Positions 52,862 to 64,000 of a stretch of DNA of 64,000 bases are shown piece by piece. Position 1 is the first letter of the stretch, and every line of letters begins with the position of its first letter. A model generated the notes under the pieces. The model made no database searches. It was not told the DNA's origin and worked only from the letters and a program-made list of their open reading frames with translations. The position numbers and the translations under genes were made by a program. Source of the stretch: Guillardia theta CCMP2712 (Eukaryota; Protista; Cryptophyta); the NCBI RefSeq assembly GCF_000315625.1, contig NW_005434649.1:248001-312000 (forward strand), written 5' to 3'.

Positions 52862-53757
52862 GACAAGGGTCAAGAAGAGGTTGAGGGTACCGAGGTGCCA
52901 TGAGAGGGTAAGCCCGGAAACGAGTGAGCGAGTGAGCGAGAGAGCGAGGGTAGGAGCACGAGGAGGAGAGGGTAATACGGAGATAGTGACAGAAAGATAG
53001 GAAGAGATGGAAAATGAAGGGACGACGGGGGCGATGACAGTGTGGGGGGGGCGAGGAGGGGCGGGCTGGGGAGGAAGGAAGTTGGCGGCGAGGTAGGGAG
53101 AGGAAGGAAGGGAGAGGAAGGAAGGGAGAGGAAGGAAGGGAGTCGGAGAGAGGAAGAGGGACAGGTAGAGGAAGAGGGGATGGGGTAGCAGAAGAAGAAC
53201 AAGGGTCGCAGCAGTAGCATGACGAAGCTATGAGCTAGACAAGCATGGAGGCTGCAGGACGCGAGCATACAGTACCCCCACCCCTGCCTCGAACAATTAA
53301 GAGATCGAGGTTTCACACACCGGTGCATGATTGATTCATTTCTAGGGTACTTTCGAACACAACGACAAGGGTAGTCTAAGTACCCCACATATGGATCTCC
53401 CACCATTACACATATATAAAGGGTAGGGTCATTGTAAAATAATTTTGTATTTGTACAAAATATATTTTGAGTAAATACCTGTTGACTTCACGATCTATCT
53501 CTTTTGTTGCCAAAAAGCTGAGGCGGGATGTGCGAAGAAATGGCGGGAGTCGGGAGAAAAACGTCGGACAAGGAGGAGGAGGAGGCAGGAGGCAGGAGGC
53601 AGGAGGGAGGAAGTGTTGCGAGCAGGATAAAGGAGCGATAAAGATGATGCGACAACGATAATGAAGCGAGGGACTGGAGGAGAGGAGGCGGCAAGACTGG
53701 CACTCGACCTCAGCTTTCTGAAAGTAACGTTAACACTTGGCAGGATCTTTAGTACAC

Positions 53758-56700
53758 ATGGGGAACGAGCACAGCGTGATCAAGAACATCGACAAGAGGA
53801 CAGCTCGCCGAGAACATGCTGCTTTCTTCAAGCTGGCCATTGAGAGGTTCTACACGGCTGCTGGTTGATAACTCCTCACCTTGCATGTTTCTAGATTCCG
53901 ACAAGAGGGAGAGACGAGTTCTGGAGGTGTGAGAGAAGAAGGGGCGCCTACAAAGAGAAGCATACACGTCTGCGTAAGGAAACGACCTATCTTTCCGCAC
54001 GAGATCAATGCAGGGGAGTACGACGTGATAACATGCAGGAAGGCCGGCGTCTTTGTGCATGATGCGAGGGTATCATCGCTGCCGCCCTTGGGATGAGTCT
54101 AAGTGTGACGGTTGTCTACCAGATACACTCAGACATGAGGCATCTCTTCATCAACCACCACTCCTTCGACTTCGATGCAGTCTTCGACGAGAGCGCGGAG
54201 AACAGTCAGGTGTACCAGGGGGCAGCCGCCGAGGCCATCGCCAACACAGTCCAGTGAGTCTGCAAGAGGCAAGCCCTCATAGCTCCTTGTAACTTCTCTT
54301 GTGTTGCAGCAAGTCTATCACAACAACCATCTTGATGTACGGGCAGACAGGCTCAGGGAAGGTAGTCGCGGAGGAAGGAAAGGGGTGCTGGGGACGGGTG
54401 TGATACAAGCGCAGACCTACACCATGACGTCGATATATGAGATGGCGGGAAGGGACCTGTTTGACCACATGGAGAGCTCGGGGAAGAAGTTCGACGTCTC
54501 CGTCTCCTTCGTCGAGCTGGAAGGTGACGGGCCTCCCGGTCGGCACTTGACCTGCGACTTCTGACCTGCCGCACGGGATGACCAGGCGACATCTGTCGCG
54601 ACATGTTGAACCGAGGGGCTCAAACTCAGTTGCTGACCGGAAAGGATGGAGCCGTCCATCCTTATCCACTAACGGAAGTTGACGTCAAGAGCGCAGGTGA
54701 ATCGTTTTACCCCTCCACGCATCTCGCTATAGAAATACACTATGAGGATGTTTTCGTGACATCCTCTACTCCTCCTCCTGGTCCTCCTGGTCCTCCTGGT
54801 CCTCCCTCGTGTATATTTTGTTTCCTCTTCCTTCGAGTCATCCACTTCATTCTCCTCCTCCTCTCTCTAATCTCAATCATGATCGTGATCATCATCTGTC
54901 ATTACCGCCTGCGTTGAGATGTTGACAACGACCAGATGAACTTGTTTCGTACATTCGATTCGCGTGCTCGTTGAGGGCAACCGAAGCCACAGGGGTGCAC
55001 GACAAGGTAGCAGGAAGATGGGGTAGTTGCTGGTGATGTGGCCGTGACATGGCTGTCAGTCTTCTCGCTCGCACGCTTGCGTGAGGATCTTCATCCGGAA
55101 GGTGGACGAGGAGGTTGAGGGAGTCCTGCAGCTCGTGGACCTGGCAGGCAGCGAGCATCGTATCGATTCCTCAGAGCATGACGCGGCTAGGAGGAAGGAG
55201 TGTGCGCAGATTAACAGCAGCCTCTCAGCGTTGAAGGAATGTATCAGAGCACATGCCAAGGGCTCGTCCTTCATTCCTTTCAGGTCCCTCCTCCTCTATC
55301 ATTCCCTGCTCCTTCTGCTCCTCCGCCCCACCCCCGCCCTTCCTCTCCTTCGTTGTCTGAGTGAACGTGCTTGACCTCTAGCTCCTCTTGACTTATCGCA
55401 CTTGTACTCGCACACAGATCGCTCCACCGCTCGTCAACTGACTTTCCTCATACAGGAAAAGCAAACTGACTCACTTGCTCAAGACTTGCTTCATGGACGG
55501 CAACGCAACTATCATCATCGCTACTGTCTCTCCCTCAAGCAAGGATACCGAGTCAGCATCAGCCGTTGCTTCTTCCTTTCCCTCCTCCTGATCGCCCTGC
55601 AGGCACTCGCTCAATACGATTCGACACGCATGCATCATGGACGGGCAAGGAACTGGGGAGGATGCGAGTTCGACGTCCTCCCACGTGACCGGAGGGTCTC
55701 TTGTGCGGGAGGACATCGCAGAGTTGAACATCACCTTGCTCGCCCGGCAAAAGAGAGCAGAAAGACTTGCATCGAAGGTGAAAGCCGCGAAGGAGGAGGA
55801 GAGGTGGACGAGCAATACGTTGCGTGAGTTTTGCACAGTCTCAACCGACAAACTCAACAGCCACCAACAAGAAATCCAGCGGGACCGGGCACAATGACAA
55901 GGCTGGTCATTCCGATGTTACCAAGAGGTTGTTGTTAGTGGTGCTGCGTTGTCTTATGTGATGATGGTGACAATTGTTGTGATGATGGTGTTGATGGGGA
56001 AAGGAGTTGGAATATGTTGGAGTTTGGTGGAGACGAGGGAGAGGAGGAGGAGGAGGAGGAGAGACTGATGGACAACAGGAGGCAGGACGTCATCGCGGAT
56101 TCAGAGAGGAGGGCACTAAAGACCCTAGACAAGAACCTGATCCGGATGATGGAGGAAGCAAGGGGGGTGCTGGGTAGCAACGCCAACCAGCTCAGGAGGC
56201 TGCAGTCCTACAGGACACAGCCGGAACCAGCAGATCTGGAGGGGCCCCAGGACGTCCCCAGCAGTTGGATGGATCAGCTTGATGGGGAGGGAGTGAGAGC
56301 TCCGAGCTGGCCTGACAAGCCCGAGGGCCTCGAGCCACGTCGTGCATGTTGTCCCGTCCCTCACGTTGTGACGTATGTTTCAGGAATTGTTGGGCACCAA
56401 GAATGGCCAGAGAGTGGAGTTGGGGAGGGGCAGCGGGGAGGAGGGGGAGGAGGGAGGGAGGAAGAGGTGGAGGAGAGAGGGAGGGTGAGGAGGGATGGAC
56501 AAGGAGGGGGAGAGTATCGAGTAAGTATTTGCTGCTATCCTTAGCTGTTCTGACTGTCTCTACAGTCTGCAGTTGGAGTGAAGGTGCAGGAAGAGGCGAC
56601 AAGTCGATCCCGTGCTGATGACAAGGGGGAGATCGAGCGAAGGATGGAGGAGCTAGAGGACGAGCTGCGTGCTCCCGGTATCAGCCAGGCGAAGGCCTTT

Positions 56701-57012
56701 GCAGTGAAGAAGAAGATCGCGATGCTGCGGGCAGAGCAGTTGCGCAGCCAGCGTGCTAAGAAGGCGAAGGATGTAGGAGGCGAGAGCTCCGCTCAGGCGC
56801 CGACAGAGGAGGACAAGAGCACGTCCAGGTGCTCTCCTGCCCTCCTGCCGTGCGAGGACAGGAGGCAGCGGTGCTGCGAGGGCAAAAACATCTCGCCAGA
56901 GGTTCTGTACATGCTGGACGAAGACGCGGAAGGATTTAAGATGGTCATGCGTGACCGAAGGAGGAGAGCGATCCTGCAGGAAGAGCTGCATGGGAATGAG
57001 AGGCCTCGCTGA
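53758..57012 (+). CDS. Kinesin-13-like motor with a C-terminal coiled-coil tail
   Basis: IHVCVRKRP; FDFDAVFDE; MYGQTGSGKTYTM; SSRSHA; LVDLAGSE; INSSLSALKECIRA; IPFR|KSKLT; TVSP; HSLNT. Confidence 0.9.
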
Positions 57013-57233
57013 CTTGGCTGCAGGCATGGCGACGGACACGAGGCTGAAGGCCAGAGGAGGAATAGAAGAGGAACAGGAGGAGGAAAAGGAGGAGGAGGAG
57101 GAGGAGGAGGAGGAGGAGGAGGAGACCGCGGGCCGGGCTGGAGGACAAGGAGTAGGAGCCAAATGTCTTCTTCGGCTGCCAAGTGGGGAAAAAATAGAAG
57201 AGGCGGCTAAGAGAGAGCGACCGGGGAGAGACA

Positions 57234-58860
57234 TCAGGTCAGGAAGCGCTTCTCGAGCCCCTCCTCCATCAGCCGGCACTCGTCGCTCGCCCCGAAGAAC
57301 TTGTAGCGATACTTGGAGATGATGTCCGACACAAACCAGTCTCGTAAAGGCTGCCCCAGCATGTCAGGATCATCTCCTCCTCTTCCTCTTCCTCCTGCCC
57401 CCGCCCCTGCCTTCCCCTCCCCAGCTCCTCCTCTTCCTCCTCTTCCTCCCAGACTCACCTTGGGCACCACTGTCCTTGCAACCACCGCGAGCTGAGGAAG
57501 GTTCCTGCTGATTCGTCAGAACTTCAGGGGTCAAAGAGAGGAGCAGCACAAACCAGGGCAGGTTGAGCTCCTGACCGATGAGAAGCATCGCATCCGACTT
57601 GTCGTAGACCTTCTCGTGCTGCACCGAATGTCAAAATACGATGGTGATGATGACGACGATGGTGATGATGACGATGAAGGAGAAGGAGAAAGAGGTGAAG
57701 GGATGGGGGGGGAGATGGGGTAGCAAGGAGGAGATGGAGGAGGAGCAAGGAGGGAGCGAGACGTTCCGAAAGAGCATATGGGCTGTTCAAGGTGAAGGCG
57801 CACACGCAAGGAAGAAGACGAGCAAGGAGAGGAGGGAGAGAGTCACCTGCACGAGAACGAGAGAGCTCATGTCGTTGGGGTCCCTCCCGTACCTCCGGAG
57901 GAGCGCATGCCCGGTCTCGCTCTGCAGTGCAGCGAAGCGGAACTTCTCGTCCTGGTCATGGTCCAGCACGAAGTTGACCGCTGCGTTGCAGAGGTTGCAG
58001 ACACCGTCGAAGAGGATGACGTCGTCCGTCTCCTTGTAGCCATGGGTCGTCAGCACCTCGTCCACCGCGTAGTCCAGAACGGACTGAAACGCCCCTTCCT
58101 TCCCGCTGACTCCCTCGAGGTTCGTCGCTTCCTCCTCCATGGCCTCCCCTCCCATCTTCTTCTTCTCCTTCAGCATGGCGGAGGCTGTCAGTGCAATGAC
58201 CTGCGAGTTTCCACCCTTGTCCCTCTTCATCTCAAACCGCCTCGAGCTTTCCAGGATCTCGCCCATAAGGACGATGTTTCCATCCGAGTCGTAGAAGGGC
58301 TGCGGGATCGCTCCGACCAATCCACGGAGGGGGACGAACCAGTCGATCACAGGTCTATTTTCCGCCTTCTCGTCCAGCACTGGCTTGTATATCCGCAACT
58401 CTTCATGAAGTTTCAAGAAACGTTTACCAAACTCCTCCAAAGTCATACAACCGCCCGCCGTCCTCACAATCGATTCTGCTTGATCCAGGAAGTCTTCTAC
58501 CATGAGCAAGTGTGACGGACTGTCAACAAACCGAGCTCGCCACCCGCTGACTTTTGAGGAAACCCGCTTCTCATGTTGCTCTTTGACGGCAGCTACACTC
58601 TGTTTCCCCGACGCTGATACAGTTTCCTTCTTCTGTTCTGCCTGTTTCGCTTTCCACTGTTGCATGAACTTTTCTTGAGCAGAAAGACCTTCACCATCAG
58701 ATGCTTTGAGAGACTTTAGTTTACACGATCTCGAACCAGCTCTTGGTCGGAGGATTGTATGAAGAGTTTTGCCAGGGGCGTTCAAGACGTATGCCTTGCC
58801 CATGTCTCCAGTCAAACAGCAGACAAGGAAGGAAAGAAAGATGATCTTGTTAGACTTCAT
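57234..58860 (-). CDS. DCC-family (DUF393) thiol-disulfide oxidoreductase with a bipartite, plastid-type presequence
   Basis: ILFDGVCNLCNAAVNFVLDHD..EKFRFAALQSETG; RYKFFG; N-terminal signal peptide ending GKA-Y followed by a basic, Ser-rich transit-like stretch. Confidence 0.88.
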
Positions 58861-58980
58861 CTCTGGCAGCTTGTCTGATGTACAAAGACGAAGAAGGTAA
58901 TATCAATGATGGCACAAGTTGCAGTTGAGAGCTTGCGAGAGATTGAAGCCTATAGACTTCCAGGCATCCTGGAGTTCACT

Positions 58981-59060
58981 GAGAAGGAATGGCGGAAGGA
59001 TTCTTTCAAGTTTGCTGAGCGAGAAGGAATGGCGGAAGGATTCTTTCAAGTTTGCTGAGC
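58981..59060. repeat. 40-bp perfect tandem duplication
   Basis: GAGAAGGAATGGCGGAAGGATTCTTTCAAGTTTGCTGAGC x2. Confidence 0.95.
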
Positions 59061-60597
59061 GAGGAAGACGATCCTGTTATAGGTCACTTCGCCGCCTGTA
59101 CCAAAACAAGTCAGAATTAGCTGAGGCACTCTTTGAAACTCGGACTAGAGAATTTTGGAATCTCTCCCTGACACCATTAGTTTTCTAAACAGATACCGAC
59201 CGTGTCGCTCACATTCATGATCAACATAAAAAAAGATGTCATGTGCACACATTGGTATGCACAATCCTAATGGTTGGAGATAGACTGCAGTAATACATCC
59301 TATACTTTTCCCCTCCATCCCTGTCTCACTATTGAACTAGCACCCGATTTTCCCCTTTGGCTGCAAGAATGTGCAAAAGCGATCAACCGAGCTCTAATCA
59401 ATCAGTCAATCCTGCAGTCACCCCAATCTTCAAATCCACTGTCACCCGAATCTCCTGACGATTTTAGCTCTTTCGATCTCAACCCTTGCCCTTCCATCAA
59501 ACATCCCGCTCTCAAACACTGAGTCCCTCGCTCATCCCGGCTGCTCAACCACGTTCCGTCTCTATCAACACCACCATCTGCTCTCGTCATCAATGTCTCC
59601 TGTGCCCAGCATTCTTTGTGTGCTGCTTTTGCAATCTCCTCCTCTTCCTGCCTCGTATCGTGTCTCTACCCTCCTGCATGCGCAACCAAACACGCAATCT
59701 CAGGACCCCTTGACGTTCTCGCCACCTTCATCAGTACCCCTACCCGTTTAATGACCTTGTCAGACATATTTCCACAACCGGTACTAAGAATGACTTAGGT
59801 ACCCCTACCCCCTAATCAGACTCACGTTTCAAAAATGATAATCTGAATGATCACCCTACCCCACCCCTCACCATGGTAAAACCCCACCCGGAGAGACTAC
59901 CCCCAATTTCCCACCCACATCTGGCTAAATCCAGAATTGCCCCACCCCACCCCACCCCTCTGCATCGTAATGATGCTCACCAAAGTGAGTCCAGTTCCAC
60001 TTCCAAAGATTGACTACCCCTCCTGGAGTATTTTCCACCCCACCCCTCAGTGTCCAATCCCTTCTACGCCGACTAGATTGTTCTCCATCATGAACACCAT
60101 TTGGGACTCCTACCCCACCCCTACTTTACTGTGTTGATCAGGGGGTACCTTCAACGGGATAAATGTCTCCGTCCCCTTCCTCCTCCCCCACTTCCCCTCG
60201 TGGACCCCACCACCCCCTTTTCCAATGACCCCGCCGTTTTACTACCCCTACGGTATCTCAGCAGCAACTACCCTACCTCACCGAAATTGGCCACCTATTT
60301 CCGTTTTACATGTTTTACAGTAAATTTATAGCATATCCGACCATACTCTGAATCTGCAGTATCTCCATTTTATTTATTGCAATCTCCCATAAATATTGCA
60401 ATATCTGTGCAGTAAAATCCCCAACTCAGTCCTTGAAGTTCGGAGCTGGAGACCGGGTGGTTCCTGACAGTTACAATACGTTTCTTGTGCATCATAAGCC
60501 CTCTTCCCCCCACTGCCCCAACACATACCCGTACCCGTACATTCTCCGGTCAAATAGGGGGTAATGCTGTTGAAGGTGGAGGAGCTGTCGGGGAGCC

Positions 60598-61768
60598 ATG
60601 GCGGGGATGGGGGGATGGAGGGAGGACCATGTAGGCAGGAACCGGCTGCATGTTGCGGCGATGGCATGCGACGTGGATGAATGCCGAAGAATGTTGAAGG
60701 AGGATCGAAGTCTGATCTTCTCAAGGGCGGAGGGGGTCTTGAACAATTCCCCTCTGCACTTTGCATGTTCATCAGGATGGGATTGGGATACGAAGGCAGG
60801 AGGCGAGGCAGAAAAGGAGGGCGAAGCAGAAGAAATGCATGAGATGAGACGTGCACATGCTGCGTCAGATATTGATGGGATGGAGACAACAAAGAGAGAC
60901 AGGGACGCGACAGTAGATCTCTTCTTGGAATTCTCTGCAGATATTACCGCCAAGAACAGGATGGGGAATACGCCCCTGCATCTTGCATCGGCCTGTGGTG
61001 ACCTGAGTACGGTGAAGAAGTTGTGTATGGCAAAAGCTGACATCAACTCTCGTTCCAACAAAGGGCGCACGCCTCTCTTCGTGGCGGCCGAGAACGGCGG
61101 CCGAGAAGTGATAGCTTTCCTTCTCAACAACAAAGCAGACGCGTCCATCCTAGCGGACGGCGACGAGGGGGTCTTGCATGCTGCTGCTCGATGCAAGCGA
61201 TGCCATCCCCATACGATCCAGTGGCTGTTGGATGCTGGTGCAGGCGTGCATGCCCGCTCCGGCGACCTCAAGACCCCATTGATGTTGGCGTCGGAGAGCG
61301 TTCTAGACTGTCTGATCGAGGATCTGTACTCCAAGGTGTCTCCTTCTAGTGCTGCGCCATGGCAAATGTGACCTGACCTTCGCCTGAAGGAGCCGTTTTG
61401 GAAGAAAGATGAGGAGGTATGGGAGGACCTGGATCGCAACGACCCTCGCTTTCGGGTACGGAGGTTGTCTCGGTTGTGGCATGTCGATCCTGATATGCTC
61501 CGCAGTCATGGCAAGACTCGATGCAGGACAAGAAGAAGTCTGAAGTCTCCGTCTTGTTGGTACATGCTTGTGTTTTTTATGCGCATTCGCTGATTGCCTC
61601 GTAGAGTAATCTCAACCTAGAAGATATCAAGGTATTCATGATGGCTGTTGAGGGTGGTCACTTTATTCTTTACAGAGGAAGTTTGGCATATCCGAGGACG
61701 ATCTAGCTGCTGCTCGTAGCCAGATTGCAGCAAACAAAGACAAACTGTCGTCAGAAAAGACGCCCTGA
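60598..61768 (+). CDS. Ankyrin-repeat protein
   Basis: GRNRLHVAA; NSPLHFAC; GNTPLHLASACG; GRTPLFVAA; KTPLMLAS; short spliced 3' exons end ...SSEKTP*. Confidence 0.9.
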
Positions 61769-61887
61769 CAATCTGCTCTGAACAGTCTTTGGATTGCCGT
61801 TTTCCAATAAAGAAATGTTGTACTCCACTCGGCAGAACTCAGTTTGTACTCAGACTCCGTTTAAACTCTCTCTTTCCCACTCACTGT

Positions 61888-63836
61888 CTACTTAAATCCC
61901 CCAAAAATCACCTTGATGGACTCTGGATCAATACTGCGAACTTCAGCGTCAGCGGCAGCGGCAGCGGCAGTTGGGAAGTGAGACCGGTACACGTAAGTGT
62001 CGTTGACGAGTCCGCGGTAGAAGGTGAAGGCCACGGCCTGAAGCGATGTCTCGTGTCAGTTGCACAGGCACCCGACGCTCAAGCGTCTCCCGCACCCCAG
62101 TGTTGACGATCTTCTTCTTCTTAGCGTCATGGTCCTCGTTTCTCGGGAGGAAAGTATTGAAGAAGGTTCTGCAGGACGAGTGAGGGGGGAGGCGAAGACG
62201 GCGAAGCATGCAAGTACTTGAAGTACAGAGAGTGTCCGTTCACGATGATGGTATTCTCCCCGCTCTTGGTGTGAGGGCTGTCGAAGCACCAGGAAGAGAA
62301 CCTGCGACGGTTTCAAGCTCAATGGCAAATTCTCGCTGTCCGCATGAGGGAAGGGAAGCTGAAAGCCGAAGTTCCCACCTGATCACACGCTCTGCCGCCG
62401 ACTCGAAGACAAGCTTCTGACCAGCGTTGCCCGACGTCTGCTCGCGCGTCAGTGGGCAGCACACGTGACAACCCACGTCATCGACCTCGAAGAGCTCTCC
62501 AAAATTTGCGTTCGGGTCCTCCAGCAGCTGCTGGAGCCGATCGAGGGGCGGGACACCCATAGGGGGGGAGAGTGCCATAGTGTCGACGTTGCGAGAGATC
62601 TCTTGGAGGTCAGAGAGGATATGAATCTTCTCCTTGGTCCTCTGAGCCATTGCAGGATGTGTTAGGCAACGGGCCCCTCCTCCTCCTCGACGCCATACCT
62701 GCAGTCTCCCCCACAGTGCGACTGTGCCAGTCTCGACGCACCTTCGAAGATTGGAGGACACGATGATGGATTTCCCCTGCGCGCATGAGGTGTAAGAGGA
62801 CGAGGCGCTGCGGGAGCCCTGGAGATCACTTGGTTTCCTGCCAGGATGTCGACAAGGCTGCGGCAAGAGTCAAGGGGTCAGCTTCACACCAGGGAGAAAG
62901 GACCGGTCCTTGTTATTCTGCCCCTCGAAGAGAAACTTGAGCAGCAGCCTTGCCTGGTTAGCCCCATCGCTGAAGAGCGTTGCCTCACACACCAGAGCCA
63001 TCGCTCCTCTTCAAGGGTTGAACCTGTTCAGCGGCGAGTCTAGGAAGATGGAGTCGCCCTTCATCATGCAGAAGAACTGCCCAAGGAAGGTGAACGGGGC
63101 TGTCTGCGACTGCAGGGGTGCTACCTCGAGGAAGAGTGCCCGAATGAGGCGCAAAACAATCAGAAACACCTTCATGATCCCCTTGTCCTTGTTGAAGACT
63201 CCATTCCACTCACTCTCGCCGTGGCGAATGAAGATCATGTCGACCCTCTTCAGAGCAGCAAGTCATCGTCAGCTCATTAGCACGGCCCGACCCTCCTGCA
63301 CCTGCAGGTTTGAAGCGTTCTTGATCAGGTCTGGGTCTGGTAGACTCTTAAGGCGCCCCTTGAAGTTGCTCTCGGTCGTGAAGATCATGTGAGCGTACGC
63401 CCTTCACATCGATCAGAACAGGATGAGATGCTCCGGCTCACCTCAGATATTCCACCATCCTCTTGGTGACATTTGCAACTGAAGGACTGCAGCGATTGGT
63501 CACTCATACAACAAGCATGAGGGCCCTGGATGTATGAACCCCCTCCTCCATGGGCGACACCCACTCTTGCTCTCTCCTTCTCATCGCCTCTCCTGCTGAC
63601 AGCGACAACCACTGCATGTTCACAATCCTTTCAATCTTATATCCTCTCTAGTGCTGTCCTGACTTGACTTGTTTTGACCTGACCTGCGCTGAGCTGAGCT
63701 GAGCTGACCTGAGATAACCTGAGCGGAGCTGATCTAAGCTGTTCTGACTTGTAATCAACTCTCACCTGATCGTCGACATCACTCCCAGCATCGCCACCGG
63801 CGCCCCCACGAGAATCGGGATCGGAACACCAGCCAT
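61888..63836 (-). CDS. Histidine phosphatase (phosphoglycerate mutase-like) with an N-terminal hydrophobic anchor
   Basis: IFIRHGESEWN; LDSPLN; VSSNLRRCVET; LQEISRNVDT; IIVNGHSLYF; first exon MAGVPIPILVGAPVAMLGVMSTI. Confidence 0.85.
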
Positions 63837-64000
63837 GGTTGGGGAGAGGCTCTACCGAACAGCAGGGGTCCCTTTGACTTTGAATCCAGGGGTGAGACGC
63901 CACTTTGTGTTCTCCAGCGGTAAATTTACAGTAATTGGAGGGGGTAGGGGTGGGTACATGCTGAGGCGGACCTCATATCGCGGTCAGAGGGACTAAAATG

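Noticed and set aside
52772-59060. 40-45 bp direct repeats as CRISPR-like arrays
   Set aside because: Only two adjacent copies each, no spacers, eukaryotic context
63658-63750. CTGA(C/G) pentamer run
   Set aside because: Degenerate intronic microsatellite in the first intron of the phosphatase gene

Overview
Eukaryotic nuclear DNA: gene-dense, with many short GT-AG introns, microsatellite-filled introns and several N scaffold gaps. The intron style, a signal+transit-peptide protein and non-fungal Zn2Cys6 genes suggest a cryptophyte-like alga such as Guillardia theta (inference only). Most of the window holds spliced genes in alternating orientation: a 2OG-Fe(II) dioxygenase-like gene, a DUF4062-NACHT-TPR (NPHP3-like) protein, an AMT ammonium transporter, a secreted Cys-rich repeat protein, CTF8, a phosducin-like protein, PPWD1/CYP71, PRMT3, an EF-hand protein, a SEN1-like helicase, an oleosin-like hairpin protein, SEC11, a kinesin-13-like motor, a DCC-family oxidoreductase, an ankyrin protein and a histidine phosphatase. 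The most unusual part is about 4.8-11.1 kb. It contains a cluster of inverted TCAAGATTGC repeats, a degenerate GCR1_C/Crypton-like ORF, and three near-identical, apparently intronless genes that each encode three Zn(II)2Cys6 clusters plus an acidic tail (copy 3 is frameshifted). All three upstream regions keep a CGG-N6-CCG site, the classic Zn2Cys6 (PPR1-type) target, which suggests a self-regulating and possibly mobile transcription-factor cassette. Exon boundaries were read by eye and are approximate; no database searches were run.
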